A stretch of 63,996 bases of DNA, filler included, from Basidiobolus ranarum (taxonomy: Eukaryota), in assembly GCA_040143965.1 (NCBI GenBank). It is 5 parts of 5 records of this genome, joined end to end, with 100 filler letters (N's around TTAATTAATTAA, not from the genome) between each part and the next. Parts side by side here need not be neighbours in the genome. Positions count along the whole stretch, not along the records: positions 26,665 to 39,878 come from JASJQH010000497.1; 4 more parts are not named here. One strand, 5' to 3'. Both the position numbers and the translations under genes were made by a program. This document shows, one piece after another, positions 26,665 to 39,978 of the stretch (position 1 is its first letter; each line of letters starts with the position of its first letter). The notes under the pieces were generated by a model. It made no database searches and had not been told where the DNA came from. It saw only the letters and a list, made by a program, of their open reading frames with translations.

Positions 26665-28118
26665 TCATTTTGATGCAGCCCGAAGTTGGGATCGGTATAC
26701 ACTTGTTCGTTCGGATTACCATCCAGCCCATGAGAGGTCACTAATTTCTGCACCTTTTCGGAGGTTTTGGTAGGAGATGTACTTGAAGTAGTAGGGCTGC
26801 CAATGTTTGGTGTTGACAAACGACTTGGAGAATCATTGACACCATTTCTGGCAATGGAAGTATCCTCAGCTGGTTGAGAGATTGAGGCATCATCGTTTGC
26901 AGGAACTCCATCGCTGGCACCCATGCCAGTTTGCTCTTCAAATTCGGGCCATCCAACATCGATTCTTGAACGACGCTGAAGAATGTTTCTCTTTTGGATC
27001 GCCGGACCAGAAGCCGTGGCTCCCTTGTTTACAGCTTCTCCAATAGTATCACTAGGTGATCCTGAATATCTGTAACATAATAATTTGGTGTCCAACATTT
27101 GCTCAACATTCCCAGTAAGTCCTGGGAATCGATCCCTGACTGAACCACGTTTTCCTTCCCATATAGTAGGATAATCGTTGGCGATTTGAGGGTGTTGTAA
27201 TTGCCATCTCTCCCACATCCTGTCCACCATTGCATGGTGCATCCAGAAAAATGGACTACAAAAGATAGATTAGTATTAGTAAGCTATCGAGAAATGGAAT
27301 GATGCATATATATATATTGAAGCACTAAAAGAATCGGCAAATGTTTTAAATCTTACTCCTGAGAACTCCAATTTTCCGCGAGATCCCCTCCGATACCAGT
27401 ATGCACATTGCCATGAGGATCAACTTCGATATAAGCACGTAATTCTTCGTGATTCTTCGCCAGCTTAATATCACGATTGATTACTTCTGCCGCAACAAAT
27501 GCATCGATTTTATCTCCGTTACTGAATTCTCGCTTCAGGCATCTTCTCCTCTTAGTAGTATCATCTATCATAGTCCAATTTTTAAAGGGCCCATCAATAC
27601 ATCCATTCTCCCCCTGACCATTTCCACCAAACCACTTGAAAGCCACTGATTTATGAGGCTCTTGAGAATCAAGAGACCAATCCTATTTTTAAATAGCGTT
27701 AGATGAAATTGGAGAACATTCAAAATATTGAAAAGAATATTACCCAGTAAGGTAACGTAACCTCGGGGTTAGCCTTTCTTAGAGCGACTTCAAAATCGTA
27801 AAGAAACTTACGATGCCATGGAAAGAACATGGGATTATTATGAATCAGCTCGAATACTTTGGCGTGGATGTTGGCCACTCTCTCATAGTCTCCATTTCTT
27901 TTCATCGTTTGCAAAGCAGATATGAAATCGTTTCTTTCTTTGTCACTCAACTGACGGATCTCACGTCGAGCGCGAATCACTTCACATTTGGGTAGAGTAA
28001 AGCCGCTGATGCTCTGAGGTTTTGGAGCAGTAGGTACTCTTCTACTCTGGCCGTTTACCACTTCGTTAGAACAAGTGAGTAGGGCGGTTAGTGCAATGAT
28101 AATTGGTATGGATCTCAT
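26665..28118 (-). CDS. Secreted tyrosinase-like di-copper protein, 3' end lost in gap
   Basis: Signal peptide MRSIPIIIALTALL; RREIRQLS; CuA H...HNNPMFFPWHR, LPYW|DWS; CuB PHGNVHTGIGG...PFFWMHHAMVDRMW. Two introns. Confidence 0.92.
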
Positions 28119-29154
28119 GACTAACTTGGCCTCGTGCAAATGTAGTGATTCAAGAAGATGGAGAGAGAGAGAGTGTGTGTGGAGGGAGTGAGAGAGGCGA
28201 CCTCTCCGACTTGCGCAGAGGGTCATTTTATAGCTCTGCTCACTATGAAACCGAACTCCATAACTCTAGAGATATTCATTGGGATATCAACTGACGTGAG
28301 AGGAGTATGAAACGTTTCATGGCATCATTTACTCAAGTGAGAAGCTCAATTTATATTTATACGAAACTCTAGTCTATAATAATTCACTCTTCACAAAGCC
28401 ACCTTCAATCGACAAAATGATCATCAATATATTCGATCTCATTAATTGCAAACATGATCTGCATCTCGTTCTCCCTGAGAGATGCATGCAACTGCTTTCA
28501 AACGATGCATCTAGTCTTCAATCACGGGATTCTTTGTAAGAGAGCCAGCTAACATCCAAGATGAGCGATTTTAGCTCCTTGTAGCAGCGTTGTCTCTTTC
28601 CTTAAAGCGATTTACTCTTAGTTCACAACGTGGGTTGGTTTAGGAGGTGTAGTTCCCAACTTTCGAGATATTCCATGATTCATGCATCCCAGTTAAACTT
28701 TGAAGGATGCCTGAGTTTGGAATGGTTTTATATTTATCCATGAAAACCATATACCATCATTTCTCTTTACCTTAGATATCTCTGGCTACTACTTGGTAGG
28801 TATAGAGGCTTTTCTTTACCAAGAAAGCATCAAACTAGTACAGTAATACAATAACGGGTATTAAGTTACTCACGACGAGAAGATTAGCAATGGCGAGTGA
28901 TTAAATCTTCCATTATATATCTGATGCTGTACATAGAATATAATATTAAATATGTATATTAATCTTGATTAACCAACGATGATACTTTATTAATTCTGAT
29001 TGATTTATGTACTATGGAAGATAAGCCCTAATATGAAGGACTTTAACTGATGAAGCTATCTTCACTTTCCCAAGAGAAATGAATGAATGGAATATGTATT
29101 AGGCAAATGGCAAGGACAAGTACATTTGAACAAGACTATCCAACCCACCCTTAT

Positions 29155-29454
29155 CTAGATCAATTGATAGACGATCAAGCTGCCCGCCATTATCACCATG
29201 CTCACCGGAGAACTCAGACGCTCGCCAGAATTACCAAAGACATCTGAGGTAGCATTTCGGACATTGGAGGGGACGGAAGCAATTCCCGAAGTGACTTTGT
29301 TCCAAATGCTTGGGAACACCCCCATTTCACTTGTAGTAGATGCGGGGATTGGTGACGCGGTAGCGAGACTGGAGGTGGTTGTAGATACTGGAGTTTGAGC
29401 CAAAGTAGTAGCGGCTAACAAAGTAGCGATGAATGAAAGTGAAATAAACTTCAT
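29155..29454 (-). CDS. Small secreted Ser/Thr-rich, probably GPI-anchored protein (paralog A)
   Basis: Signal peptide, S/T-rich stalk, GNS omega-like site, hydrophobic C-terminus. Shares a motif with 29902-30177. Confidence 0.8.
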   Translation of the reverse strand: MKFISLSFIATLLAATTLAQTPVSTTTSSLATASPIPASTTSEMGVFPSIWNKVTSGIASVPSNVRNATSDVFGNSGERLSSPVSMVIMAGSLIVYQLI

Positions 29455-29901
29455 GATTGTAATTTGTCTTGATGAATGATGAAGTGTACTGGTGGCTACC
29501 GAACATTATTTATACTCTAATTATCACGTTAGCTCAGACGCGTAAATCTTGGCAAGGCTAAGCGAAACAGTATAGGTTGGGCTATGTCATGCAAAGCCCA
29601 ATAAAAGACTTCTAACCAAATCCACGATAACAAATTAAACGATAGGGCTAATTCCCTGTCCTTATTTGACTTCAATGGAATCATCTACTCAACTAGCCCT
29701 ATGGTGAAGGCGCAGCTGCCCCGTCATCAATTTCTATAGGGATCAGAGGTTCTGTCGAGGCAGGCTATTTTAGGAGGTGATGAGCAATAATTAATCCACT
29801 GATGGTAGTTATGTGTTAAAGTATAAACTCTGTCTTTATTGGAAAATGCATCTTTACACAATAGAAAGCCTTATACATCACTGGTTTGGTTTGACAAAAT
29901 T

Positions 29902-30177
29902 TTAAGCTAGCAGACCACGGTTTGCAATCAAACCACCAAACACCACTATCGAGCTAAGCAATAGAGTGGTGTCTTGGTTGGTTGCTGAGTTTCCAAACAC
30001 TTTGTCTATTTCATGGCCGATCAGAGATGGAACAGAAGCAACTCCAGAAGTGATTTTATCCCATACGCCTTGTTTGGTATTAGTGGTAGGGGCAAGGTCA
30101 GTAGTTGGTGTTGGGGTTGTCTGAGCGATGGTGTAGACGGCAGACACCAACAAAAGAGCGAAAGATGGAAAACGCAT
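29902..30177 (-). CDS. Small secreted Thr-rich, probably GPI-anchored protein (paralog B)
   Basis: Same architecture and WxKxTSGxASVPS-x8-VFGNS motif as paralog A. Confidence 0.8.
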   Translation of the reverse strand: MRFPSFALLLVSAVYTIAQTTPTPTTDLAPTTNTKQGVWDKITSGVASVPSLIGHEIDKVFGNSATNQDTTLLLSSIVVFGGLIANRGLLA

Positions 30178-31591
30178 AGCTAGTTTTCGTTTACGAAGAT
30201 AGATTTGTACAAGTCAAGAGCAGTATGCTTGACTCATATTTAAACGAAATTTCATCTTTACTAGGCAGGCTCTATCTTAATCATGAAAAGACTTTGCAAT
30301 CCGGATTTATAAATGCCAAGATTCACAGTAGGACTATAGCGAGAAATCATGTAAACAATCGCAAGTTTACTACTTCTTGGCAACTGGGTGTTCTCAACCA
30401 ATTTAATATAGTATCCGCCAAGCAGATTCCACTCTGAGTCGGTACATCCTGACAAGTAACGGAGCGATATATTATGGTACCAATTTTGGATGAACAGCTA
30501 TATAAGGTAAGGATCACCAGGAGGCAACAGAGAGCAAATATACGTTTGGAATTAATGGTCACAGTTGTTATATTACGTAGATTGATGGTGGTCATGTCTG
30601 CATATCATATGATTATTTCCTGATTATGCCAAGCAATTAATTGAATTTCTTTAGGCACCAGCAGATTTATCTTTCAGATGATACATATAATGTGTACCTG
30701 GGCAGGGTATCTTTCTACTAAGGCTGTAGTGAGCTTCGTTTTTATCCCATATTCTTGCACAATCACCCGTCAGCGCCCATTATAAATAATCCTAATGGAG
30801 AGCTGATATTCATAAGGATGACTACGAGTAGCCAATTTTGACTGCGAGATGTTAATCCCGTAAAGTCATCAGTCTCATTTGGCCAGAGCTCCCGTACATT
30901 GACTGAGCAGATCAACCTTCAAGATACCTTGGTGTTGGTATCTATTATTTATCTGGTGAGTATCACCGTTGTGAAAGTAAGTCAGTATTTCTGCAAGAGT
31001 TTCCCACCAGCTAAACGACGAAAATACTTCACCCCCATGATGATACTTGCAAACGCTGATGCAACCTCAGCATTTACCATGAGAATTTCGAAATAATCTA
31101 CAAATATTTATTCAGTTGTAGGAGAAGTTGTGTCTGTATACGGAAAAAGAAAAAAATTTATAATGTAACATTACGAAATTGCAAGAATGCACGGATTTCC
31201 GGATTGAGCAGCTTAATAAGTAAATTAATTCTCCCATTAGGCGGCTACACTTGTTGGTTGAAGAAATCCAAGCAAGAACAATAAATAGAAATTTGTAAAG
31301 TAGAAAGGTAGCTTTGGGAAATGCTCATGTAGTTCACTGCCAAGTCCAGCTCTAGGTAGCATGCCCATGTGACTATTCCAAAAGTCCATTATTGAAAGTT
31401 GATCAAATAAAGGAAGTATATACATTGTCGAAAGAGCGAGAGTAACATTTCGTATAGAAATATGTATCTGCGAACGTTTTACACATACATTGCCCGAATG
31501 TTGGGACAACAGATTCAATCGAATAAATATACATGATGAACAAACGTATCCGATGGATGTCATTCCCCATGAAACTGAGTATTCTGAAACT

Positions 31592-32443
31592 TCATATGCA
31601 CAGAGTGGATTTCTTGCGGTCTTCATGCTGCTTGAGTTGTTGATAACGCGAAGGGTCTAGGTCATGTTTCTTCGAAAGTTCTAAGTTGGAAGGCGCCAAG
31701 TCCAATGATTTTTCCAGCTCTACTAGTTGGCATATCAAGCTCATATTCGGAGATATTGATGTACTACGAGACTTTACAAAGTCATAGGCGTCATTAACAT
31801 TTAATCGCAAGGTACGCATCACATAAGCGATAATCAGACTAGCTGAACGTGATATGCCAAGTTGGCAATGGACAAGAATACCCAACTTCTTTGAACGCGC
31901 CTCGTCAATGAACCTGAACGCTCCTTGAAGTGATTTTAAGATATTCTCCTCGTTATGTCCCCAAGCAAGACTTTTGTATCGAAGAGTTCTAGTTGATTCA
32001 GTGGTGTAATCAGGTTTTAATTGGAGGGTGTATGAAACAATAGAAGGGGTTGTAGGAGAGGTGACTCCTTCGAAATAAGGAGAATTCGCTTCCTTCGCTA
32101 CATTCAAGATGTAGTGTATGTCGTTTTTGACTAGCATATCTTTATCCTTGGCAGTCTTCTCACAACCTAGGTATAGGTAGGGAAGAATACAAACGGGACC
32201 TGATTTGTATGGATTCCCACCTTGCAAATTAGTGTCCTCCGACAGTTGAACTTTGGTAAACTGTTGAGAAATTGAGGTCATCGGAGTTTGAGGACGAGCG
32301 CCGTCAGCATCGGTCAGCCCGCAGCTATTTGGAACAACCAGGGATAGGTTCTTTGAGTTCCGTTTTCTACTTGCCAGTGAGGGCTTTTCCGAAAGCGAAG
32401 GATATGAGCGAGCAAGAGAACGACTGGAGAAGGCAAGAGTCAT
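31592..32443 (-). CDS. Dual-specificity (MAPK) phosphatase, Msg5/Pmp1-like
   Basis: GPVCILPYLYLG, ILNVAKE, active site HCQLGISRS, ISPNMSLICQL. N-terminal RKRNSKNLSL resembles a MAPK docking motif. Intronless. Confidence 0.92.
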   Translation of the reverse strand: MTLAFSSRSLARSYPSLSEKPSLASRKRNSKNLSLVVPNSCGLTDADGARPQTPMTSISQQFTKVQLSEDTNLQGGNPYKSGPVCILPYLYLGCEKTAKDKDMLVKNDIHYILNVAKEANSPYFEGVTSPTTPSIVSYTLQLKPDYTTESTRTLRYKSLAWGHNEENILKSLQGAFRFIDEARSKKLGILVHCQLGISRSASLIIAYVMRTLRLNVNDAYDFVKSRSTSISPNMSLICQLVELEKSLDLAPSNLELSKKHDLDPSRYQQLKQHEDRKKSTLCI

Positions 32444-34904
32444 TCGGTATGGATTACTAATTGGGTTAGTTTTAAGTATTGGGGGTGTAATTAGCTTTTA
32501 TACTCTAGGAACAAAACCAGGGTTTTGAACAGTGAAGATTCTAATCTTAAACAGGTTAAAGGCAGAGCCAAAAGAAGGAAACGTTAAGGTAACTTTACGA
32601 GATAGCGAAGTGTATACAAAGAAAAGAACAAAATATACAATTATGCTGCCTAACCAACTGACCTAACCATGGGTACTTATAAGCTGCATGATCACGTGGA
32701 TGATGATAAATAAGCTGATCAAGAATTATTAGAGGCTAATTTTGGACACTGGGAACATTCATGACCAGTAAATGTAAGTTGGCTGCCTTTAGATTATTGG
32801 AAACGATCGAGATAAAGTTGAATTCCAGTACTTTACGTAGCCCATCAGTAAGTCGGATTCAGTAGTTGTACAAACAATATAGTCTTTTTGTTTTAAAGAC
32901 GAGAGTTGGACATTTTCATTGGCGAGCTGTGTTACCAAGTACCGTCATCGAGTGGATGATTCAAGTTCAAGAATTTATCTTAATTTCAAGAGCCAATCCT
33001 CGTGAGGTGCAATTATATCCTGTGCACCCCGACTTATCCCCTGTCTTTTTCTGTCTTACTTTACTGATTCATGTCTCATCTCCTCCTGTGAGAGCTACAT
33101 GATTGACCGATACTCTCTTAGCTATCTATGGTAAACTCTAATGTGATCCACTCTCATCCATGACACAATAGACATGGTAGAATGCCATACAAAAATCGCG
33201 TTTCCTTACTTACCGGTCCGGAAGCGATTTGAATTCTACCTGATCTGGCTGAGTATTCTCCGCAACGGTGATGGAAATCATCGGATTTGAGGATTCTTCA
33301 GCCACGCTTGCAAATCATATTCCAATTCTCGCATACATTGAATGCGCATACAATCGAGGATCAAGTCAAAAGAAGTTACATCCTAATCTATTAATGCGAG
33401 AACCTATTCAACGCTCACGACACTAGTTGCATTCCGTTAGATTCTGGCCAACTTCGCCACCGGCTGCAAAATGTGTGCTACCTTACGGGATGAGTGTAAG
33501 TCATCCGGATTCGCTTACTAAATCGACGATAGTCAGCAGACAACGTAGACTTGGCAATATACTATCTCTACCACTCGCGAGCGACTTGAGTAAGTCTAGG
33601 CCTAATAAACCAAATCATCAAAATCTGAAGTCTACTTCTTGCCAATGAAATAGAGTGCTTGGTATATAGACAGCTAGCATCACATCCACTGGTTGAAAAA
33701 TACTCAGATTATCCAAAGGTTTGGGAGTAATTGAAGTTGAATTTCTACAATACGAATCGAGGCCTATGTCATGTGACGAAAGGACGATTCGAGAATATAC
33801 ACGCATTTGGCCCAGTGAGAAGATTGACATTGAAGGGCATCTAAGGCATGACAATCCGGTATTTTCAGGAACATTATCGATCACTTACACCGTGATCGAA
33901 GGGAATGAAAGAAATACGGGATACACGCTAACCCAACATGAAACCAATGAATTTGACTCACTAACATAGCTCACACTGTGTCTACATTTACAAAGAATTT
34001 CTTAATTCCCGACAAGACAAACGGCAGATTGTTGGTATTGATTGAGTAGCGATAATCAGTTGCAAGTTGGCCATTTTTTCAGTTTAACTGACAAACAGAA
34101 CAGCTTGTTAGATAGAATATTCCTAAATGAAACAAAGAAGATGTTCCAAGGATCTTTGGAATTCGTGATTATGAAACGCCGTGTCTCATGAGGTCGGCGA
34201 TTATTGGATCAAGAGCACTGAATGGATTCAGGGAAAAAGTGCTTTGATGTATCCACTTTCGACATTGATCTTCATGGATATCCTTGTGGAAAATATCTAC
34301 TTTGCCAAAATAGGAGCACTTTTGATACACGAAGCAAAATAGATATTTTGTGATAGCAACTCTCCGAAAGGTTGAATCACTGCTTCAGGAAGCCTACCTT
34401 AATTACAATGGGGCATCAGAAAGCAATCATATGTCATACCAGTCGAACATAATGTGATCCTCACGGTGAATTTAAATTATTCCGGATATAGTTTCCTAGA
34501 TACGATATATATAGGCATCCATTGTATCCACAACAATGGACATGATCAGTGAATAAGCCGGAGACACAGGGCAAGGCATCAAGAGAGTTTAACTTTAAGC
34601 AACTAAACTCCACATTCAATATATGCTATCACAAAAGATGCTTCAACATCCCCTCCACACCGCTGATATGCTCACTGAACTAAATAGAAATTTGACACCC
34701 GTGATGGAAATAATGAAAGAAGCCCACGAAGCGCCAATAGAGGTGTGGAGTGGTGAGTGTTTAATAATAGCCGTTTTTTGTATAGCACAAAGTTATTTAC
34801 TCTTTGGAAAACCAACAGACAGAAGGGATGTTTCGAAAATATATTCAAATAACCATGACGAGAAAAATACAAGACAGATGTTAACCCCCCGATTCCACCA
34901 AATC

Positions 34905-37152
34905 CTAATTAACTTTAACATTCGATGACATCTCTAACATAGCCAGGTCAGGAAATTCATTGATCTCCTCATGTCTACGGCAAAATAGTCCGCTCCAGTA
35001 TTTAAGATACTTGGTATCAGGAGTTATGACCGATTCTAGCTCGTCTCGTTCGGGTTCAAACACTTGATTCTGGAAATCTTGGATGTTGGAATTGAAATAG
35101 GACCAAACAGAAAAAGTCTTCTTTTCTGGTTGAGCATCAAACTTTTCTTTCTCGCAATTGAACAGGAATGTACCGAATTGACACGAATACACGTGGTAGT
35201 GTAATTGAATCAAAAATCGTTCATTAAACTCAAATCGGGTAGGATTTTGTGTCCAAATTTGATATACACAGTCCAAAAACTGATGGAATACTGGGGATGA
35301 GTAACGTCCTTGATTTTGCTTGAAATATCGATGATGTACGTTGTTGAAAGTGCTAGCTGCTGCGTTTGTAGTCGTGTTTACTAGGAAATTTTTCTCGCTC
35401 GAGAGGTGACCGCAACGTTCGGTAAACTTGTGACCAAAGGAGATCCATTCCTTTTCGATTAAAATCTCAAATCCTCGAATAGTACGGTAAAAAGGATCAA
35501 GGCAGAGTTCAGCAAGTGAGGTCAATTGCGAGGTTCTATCCCAACCATCCGAGCAATGAACCAACACATGGGAGTTATGTTGTGCAATGTTATTTACAAC
35601 CACTGCTGCTCCTTCTAAGATGGACCCGATGTGCTTGAGCCAATTCGTCTTGGAAAGTTGTATCTTGTTCACTATCCCAGAGGGATCGGTGGATTGCATA
35701 GCTAATAAACAAGCAATGTTAGTGGAACTGTTGAAACGGCCTTGCGAAGAAATAGGCATATATAGGTACTAGTGAGACAGCTACCTTCTATTACTTTGTT
35801 TAAACTGTCTCTCATCACGTGAATATTCTCAATACCAAGGTACGTTTTCTTGCAGTTCTTGTAATTTTCCATGTTCTCAGAGCCTGCGCCAATTGCTACA
35901 TTAGCCATAGCATTGGCAGTAGGGCGTGCGTCCACGATAAGGTTAGATGTAGTTGGTAAGACTGAATTGGGGGTTGTTGGCATGTTACTCACGAATATAG
36001 CCTCTACAAGCTTTTCATCTTGTACGGACCTTGCTTGCTTTAGTCCGACCATTGGTTGGCTTGACCTGGAGATAGTGGCCTATTATAGAGTGAACATTGG
36101 TTCATTTGGAGATCAGGTAAATAATTCGATATATAAGTTCATTCAAACAAGCGAAGAGCCTAATTAAAAGCTTAAATAACAACCATATTGGAAGCGTGAA
36201 GGTAACTCAACACAGGAATTCGATTCTTACTCCTGTATTTGGCGGCATAATTTATAACTGCATCACTAATCTTACTAGGAACGACAAGTATCCGTGGATA
36301 GGTTGAGCATAGCTATTGGTTCGAGACAAGAAGGTTAATCACAGTATTAGAGGAAGACGGGTAATTTAGAGGGTATACTTCATATTCCTCATTTAACTTG
36401 GTAAACCTCCAGTTATCACTTATAGTCCCTACTCCAAGTCTTTTGTATTCTTCAATTGGGTTGAAGATTGTCCAACCATCGTTAACTGTGAACTTTGGGA
36501 ATGGCTGATAGAAAAAAGCATATAGTTGGTTTATAGATTCTATAGGTAAAACGGAGAATCATTCGTCAACCTTCAAAACTTGAATAATCACTCTAAAGAG
36601 AGAGTATTTTACCAATGCAAGTCAGTTTTCGTACACTTTCAAACACATCGATAGCATCAGGTTCTTTTTCAACCAGAAAAGTGACAAAGAGAAAGTTACG
36701 ACACTTAAAATTTAGCGGATAATACCCATTTGGAGTTAATGCCCTACGCTCGACAGTGTGAATAATAGGGTAAGATATCTGTACAGAATAGGGTTAGAAA
36801 TGGTTGAAAATAAAGGGCGTCTGGAAACCAACGAATCTATCTTTGTATGTTGAAGAGCAATGAAAATAGTACACTTTACCCATAATTCTTGCTCAGGGTG
36901 ATTAAAAATGAGTTGGTGAGCGGTTAGGTGAAGTGTTCCTACATACACTTCTCGACCTTTTTCCAACCGAACGTTATCTACCTGAATCAAGTAGGGAAAA
37001 CATTAGAATAGTTAGATAATAGGAATATTTAACCTCCATGGGATACACCAAATAATATGGTTTATTTTATGCTCTAACCCTTACGTGTTTTAATGAATAG
37101 ATCGAAGAAACAAAAAGCACCAACCAACCTTAGTAATCTTAATGAAATCCAT
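34905..37152 (-). CDS. Myotubularin family phosphoinositide 3-phosphatase (Ymr1/MTMR6-8-like)
   Basis: MDFIKITK|VDNV, GTLHLTAHQLIF, IVDARPTANAMAN, GIENIHVMRDSL, HCSDGWDRT, EKEWISFGHKF, SPVFHQFLDCVYQ. Confidence 0.95.
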
Positions 37153-38823
37153 AACTGTCAATTCGGTATTAGTAGAGAAGTTATGAAGACAGTACACACT
37201 TTGAAGAAACGTTTGGTCGCTGTTAGGTTACAACTTTAAGTAGGAATTGAACAGCTTCTATGAAGGATAACCTAGACGTTTAGATATCAAATGAAAGGTT
37301 GATTTTGGTTTGCCAATATAAAGAATTTATTGGATAGAAATTCATCTCATCAAGAACGAAGTCATATGTGCCACTTTGACTAGTAATCATCGTTCCCTAA
37401 TTTTTTAACTAGCAAAGATCATATCAGCCACTCAATGGTTAAGATCATGACGCATTTCTTTCCATTGGTTATATGACCTAATGTCAAGAGAGATCACACA
37501 TGATGGTGCACCGCGATTCCTGGCAAATCTACTAGCTTTTGATGAGCACACTTACTCTAGTATTTATGTCCATAGAGTTGAATGATGATTTGCCAATGCG
37601 AAGTTGTGAGGCTCCATACAAAATAAGTATACGTAAACCATTCATGAATCCACAATCGGAAATCAAAGATCAACTAGAAATCGATACGCAGCCAATGAGC
37701 GCACACCTGACTGACCTATAGAGATCATAACTCGGTTGAACAGAATAGATAATTGATTTAAATTGGATTACCTTGGAATCCCGTGTTCGATTGCTTGAAG
37801 ATGATATGTTAACTACCATTCATCAATAGGCTTATTCTAATACAAATAGCATATCCATTCGCCAGAATTATCAATCATATATGTTGACACTACCTTTGAA
37901 GCCTCACATTCCGTTTGTATTACTGCAGTCTTGACAGAAAATACCAGTCATTATAGAGTTAGCAAGTCTTTCAATTGTGATATTTCAATAAATTACATTC
38001 ATCATTAACATTAATATATTCAAGCCCTAGAGAAGGGTCTAGTGGATATTAGTTATAGAATAGCCATCTAAATAGATTGCCATTCTCAAAGTATCAAAGT
38101 GAGATATATTGATATGAAACTTGGTATCCTTCATTGCATTGAATTGCTTAGCTTTGTGGCAACACATGATATGTAAGGTGTGAAAGTTTAGGTGATTCTC
38201 TCTAATATTTCTTACATAGTAATTCCACTTCCTGTGATACTAGAATTATGACGGTAACTTTAGGCTCATGCTCTATAATCCAATATTGAGAAACATTCCA
38301 GTGATCCAAAATCATGCAACAACCACTTACGTCCTGTTTAATAACCTACAAGTTCTCATGGAATGGATATCAGGTTGGGCGTGGGCCCCAGCCATCTCAA
38401 GAGAAATCTATTTTGGAATCAATGTGTTTATTTATCACTATTTTTTCTCAGAATGAGGGGGGGTCGCAGACTCACTGGATGATACTCTACATTGGAAATT
38501 AGGTTCAACTGGCCTGGGGATAGAGAGGTATCGAATCACTAAAAAGAAATCAAAAATTCACATTCTAAAGGTGAGCCAACAAACTCTACAACAGAACTAA
38601 ATTAGGGAAAGATTAATATTACTAACAGAAGGGGGATTTCAAAAGGATTTTCTATTGCAGTCAGGGAATTCGAATCCTGAAAAGCATTCGTCAGTGTCAT
38701 TGGATCAGTACAAAAGGAACTCAATGATATGGTAACTAATGAAATAACCGGATCAACTAATTCTGTTCATGAAAAAGGTTCAGGTTCATCTCGCCATTTC
38801 ATTAAAATCTATTCAATCTCTTC

Positions 38824-39878
38824 TTACGTTTCGAATGGATTCTTCACCTCGGTGAGTGGTTCGATGGAATTGGGTCGACCTGGTTTGCTTGCGACCGTGA
38901 GTTCTTTCAAAACATGGGGTTTGTCTTGGGCGAGAACTTCCATCCGTACACTATTCGCGTATTCTTCCCATGGATCAGTATTGCCCTTGTCATGGTTCGA
39001 GTGACTTACAGAGGTATGACCAATCTGTGATTCTCGGATATTGTACTGATTTGATAGACTTTGGGAAAAGTTGCTCCGCCCTTTACGAATGTTACACGAA
39101 TGACTGAGTTGCAGGGTGATCAGCATACACTGTAGTGCCCCTATACAAATACTAAACATTAGAACCGGTGGTCACACGCAAAAAAAAACTTTCTAGACAT
39201 ACAGTCGATATCGAAGATAATGGAGGAATTCACTCCCAGTACTGCCGAGGTTACTAGACATGGTGTGATGATGTTCGATGCGGTGATCAACAGAAAAAAG
39301 AACATTCCATCCTTTAAGAAAGACTCATAGATTGGGGAGCTATTCCTGCGATGGTGAGTGTATATCGCCACCAAAAAGCACCCACTGAGGAAGGTGTTTA
39401 ACGTCCACAAGCATCCAAACCATAGAATGGCAATCAAAGGGTCTGGTATATTTCCACACGCTCCGAAGATTGATTTAGTGTAAATAGCAGTGGTTGCATG
39501 CCAAGTATGAATCCCTATAGAGGCGGCCAAACAGATGCCGCCCACCATGTAAATGAATACGTTATGGCTGTTGCTTACCGTGGCCTTAATCAGAAGGATG
39601 ACCATGATACAGTCCAAAGAGAATTCGTGCGCGTAGTTCGTGATGAACGAAACCACCCGGCAATTGAACTGTACATGTAGAAGTGGCAGTAAAAATGCCA
39701 ACTCTCGAATGGGGCCAAGGATATTTGCAAACAAACAGAGCCAATATATCAACTGTCGGTTTTGTCGCAACATCTGTATCGATCGTGATATACACCACAG
39801 GAAAAAGAACAACACCATCGACAAAATACAAATGGCCACTTTCTCGGAGCGAGCAGCGTTTCCCGTGTTTGCGCCTGG
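38824..39878 (-). CDS. Multi-pass (7TM, GPCR-like) membrane protein, 5' end lost in gap
   Basis: Seven hydrophobic segments, Cys in presumed extracellular loops (FNCR, GACG), FLKDG motif before TM6. Intron 39141-39202 joins IFDID-W-ALQCMLITLQL. Confidence 0.7.
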
Positions 39879-39978
39879 NNNNNNNNNNNNNNNNNNNNNN
39901 NNNNNNNNNNNNNNNNNNNNNNTTAATTAATTAANNNNNNNNNNNNNNNNNNNNNNNNNNNNNNNNNNNNNNNNNNNN
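39879..39978. other. Assembly linker gap
   Basis: Same linker. Confidence 0.97.

Noticed and set aside
33427-34560. Short ORFs between the phosphatase genes
   Set aside because: No family motifs or consistent splice pattern.
38658-38680. tRNA B-box-like GAATTCGAATCC hairpin
   Set aside because: No cloverleaf or A-box can be built.
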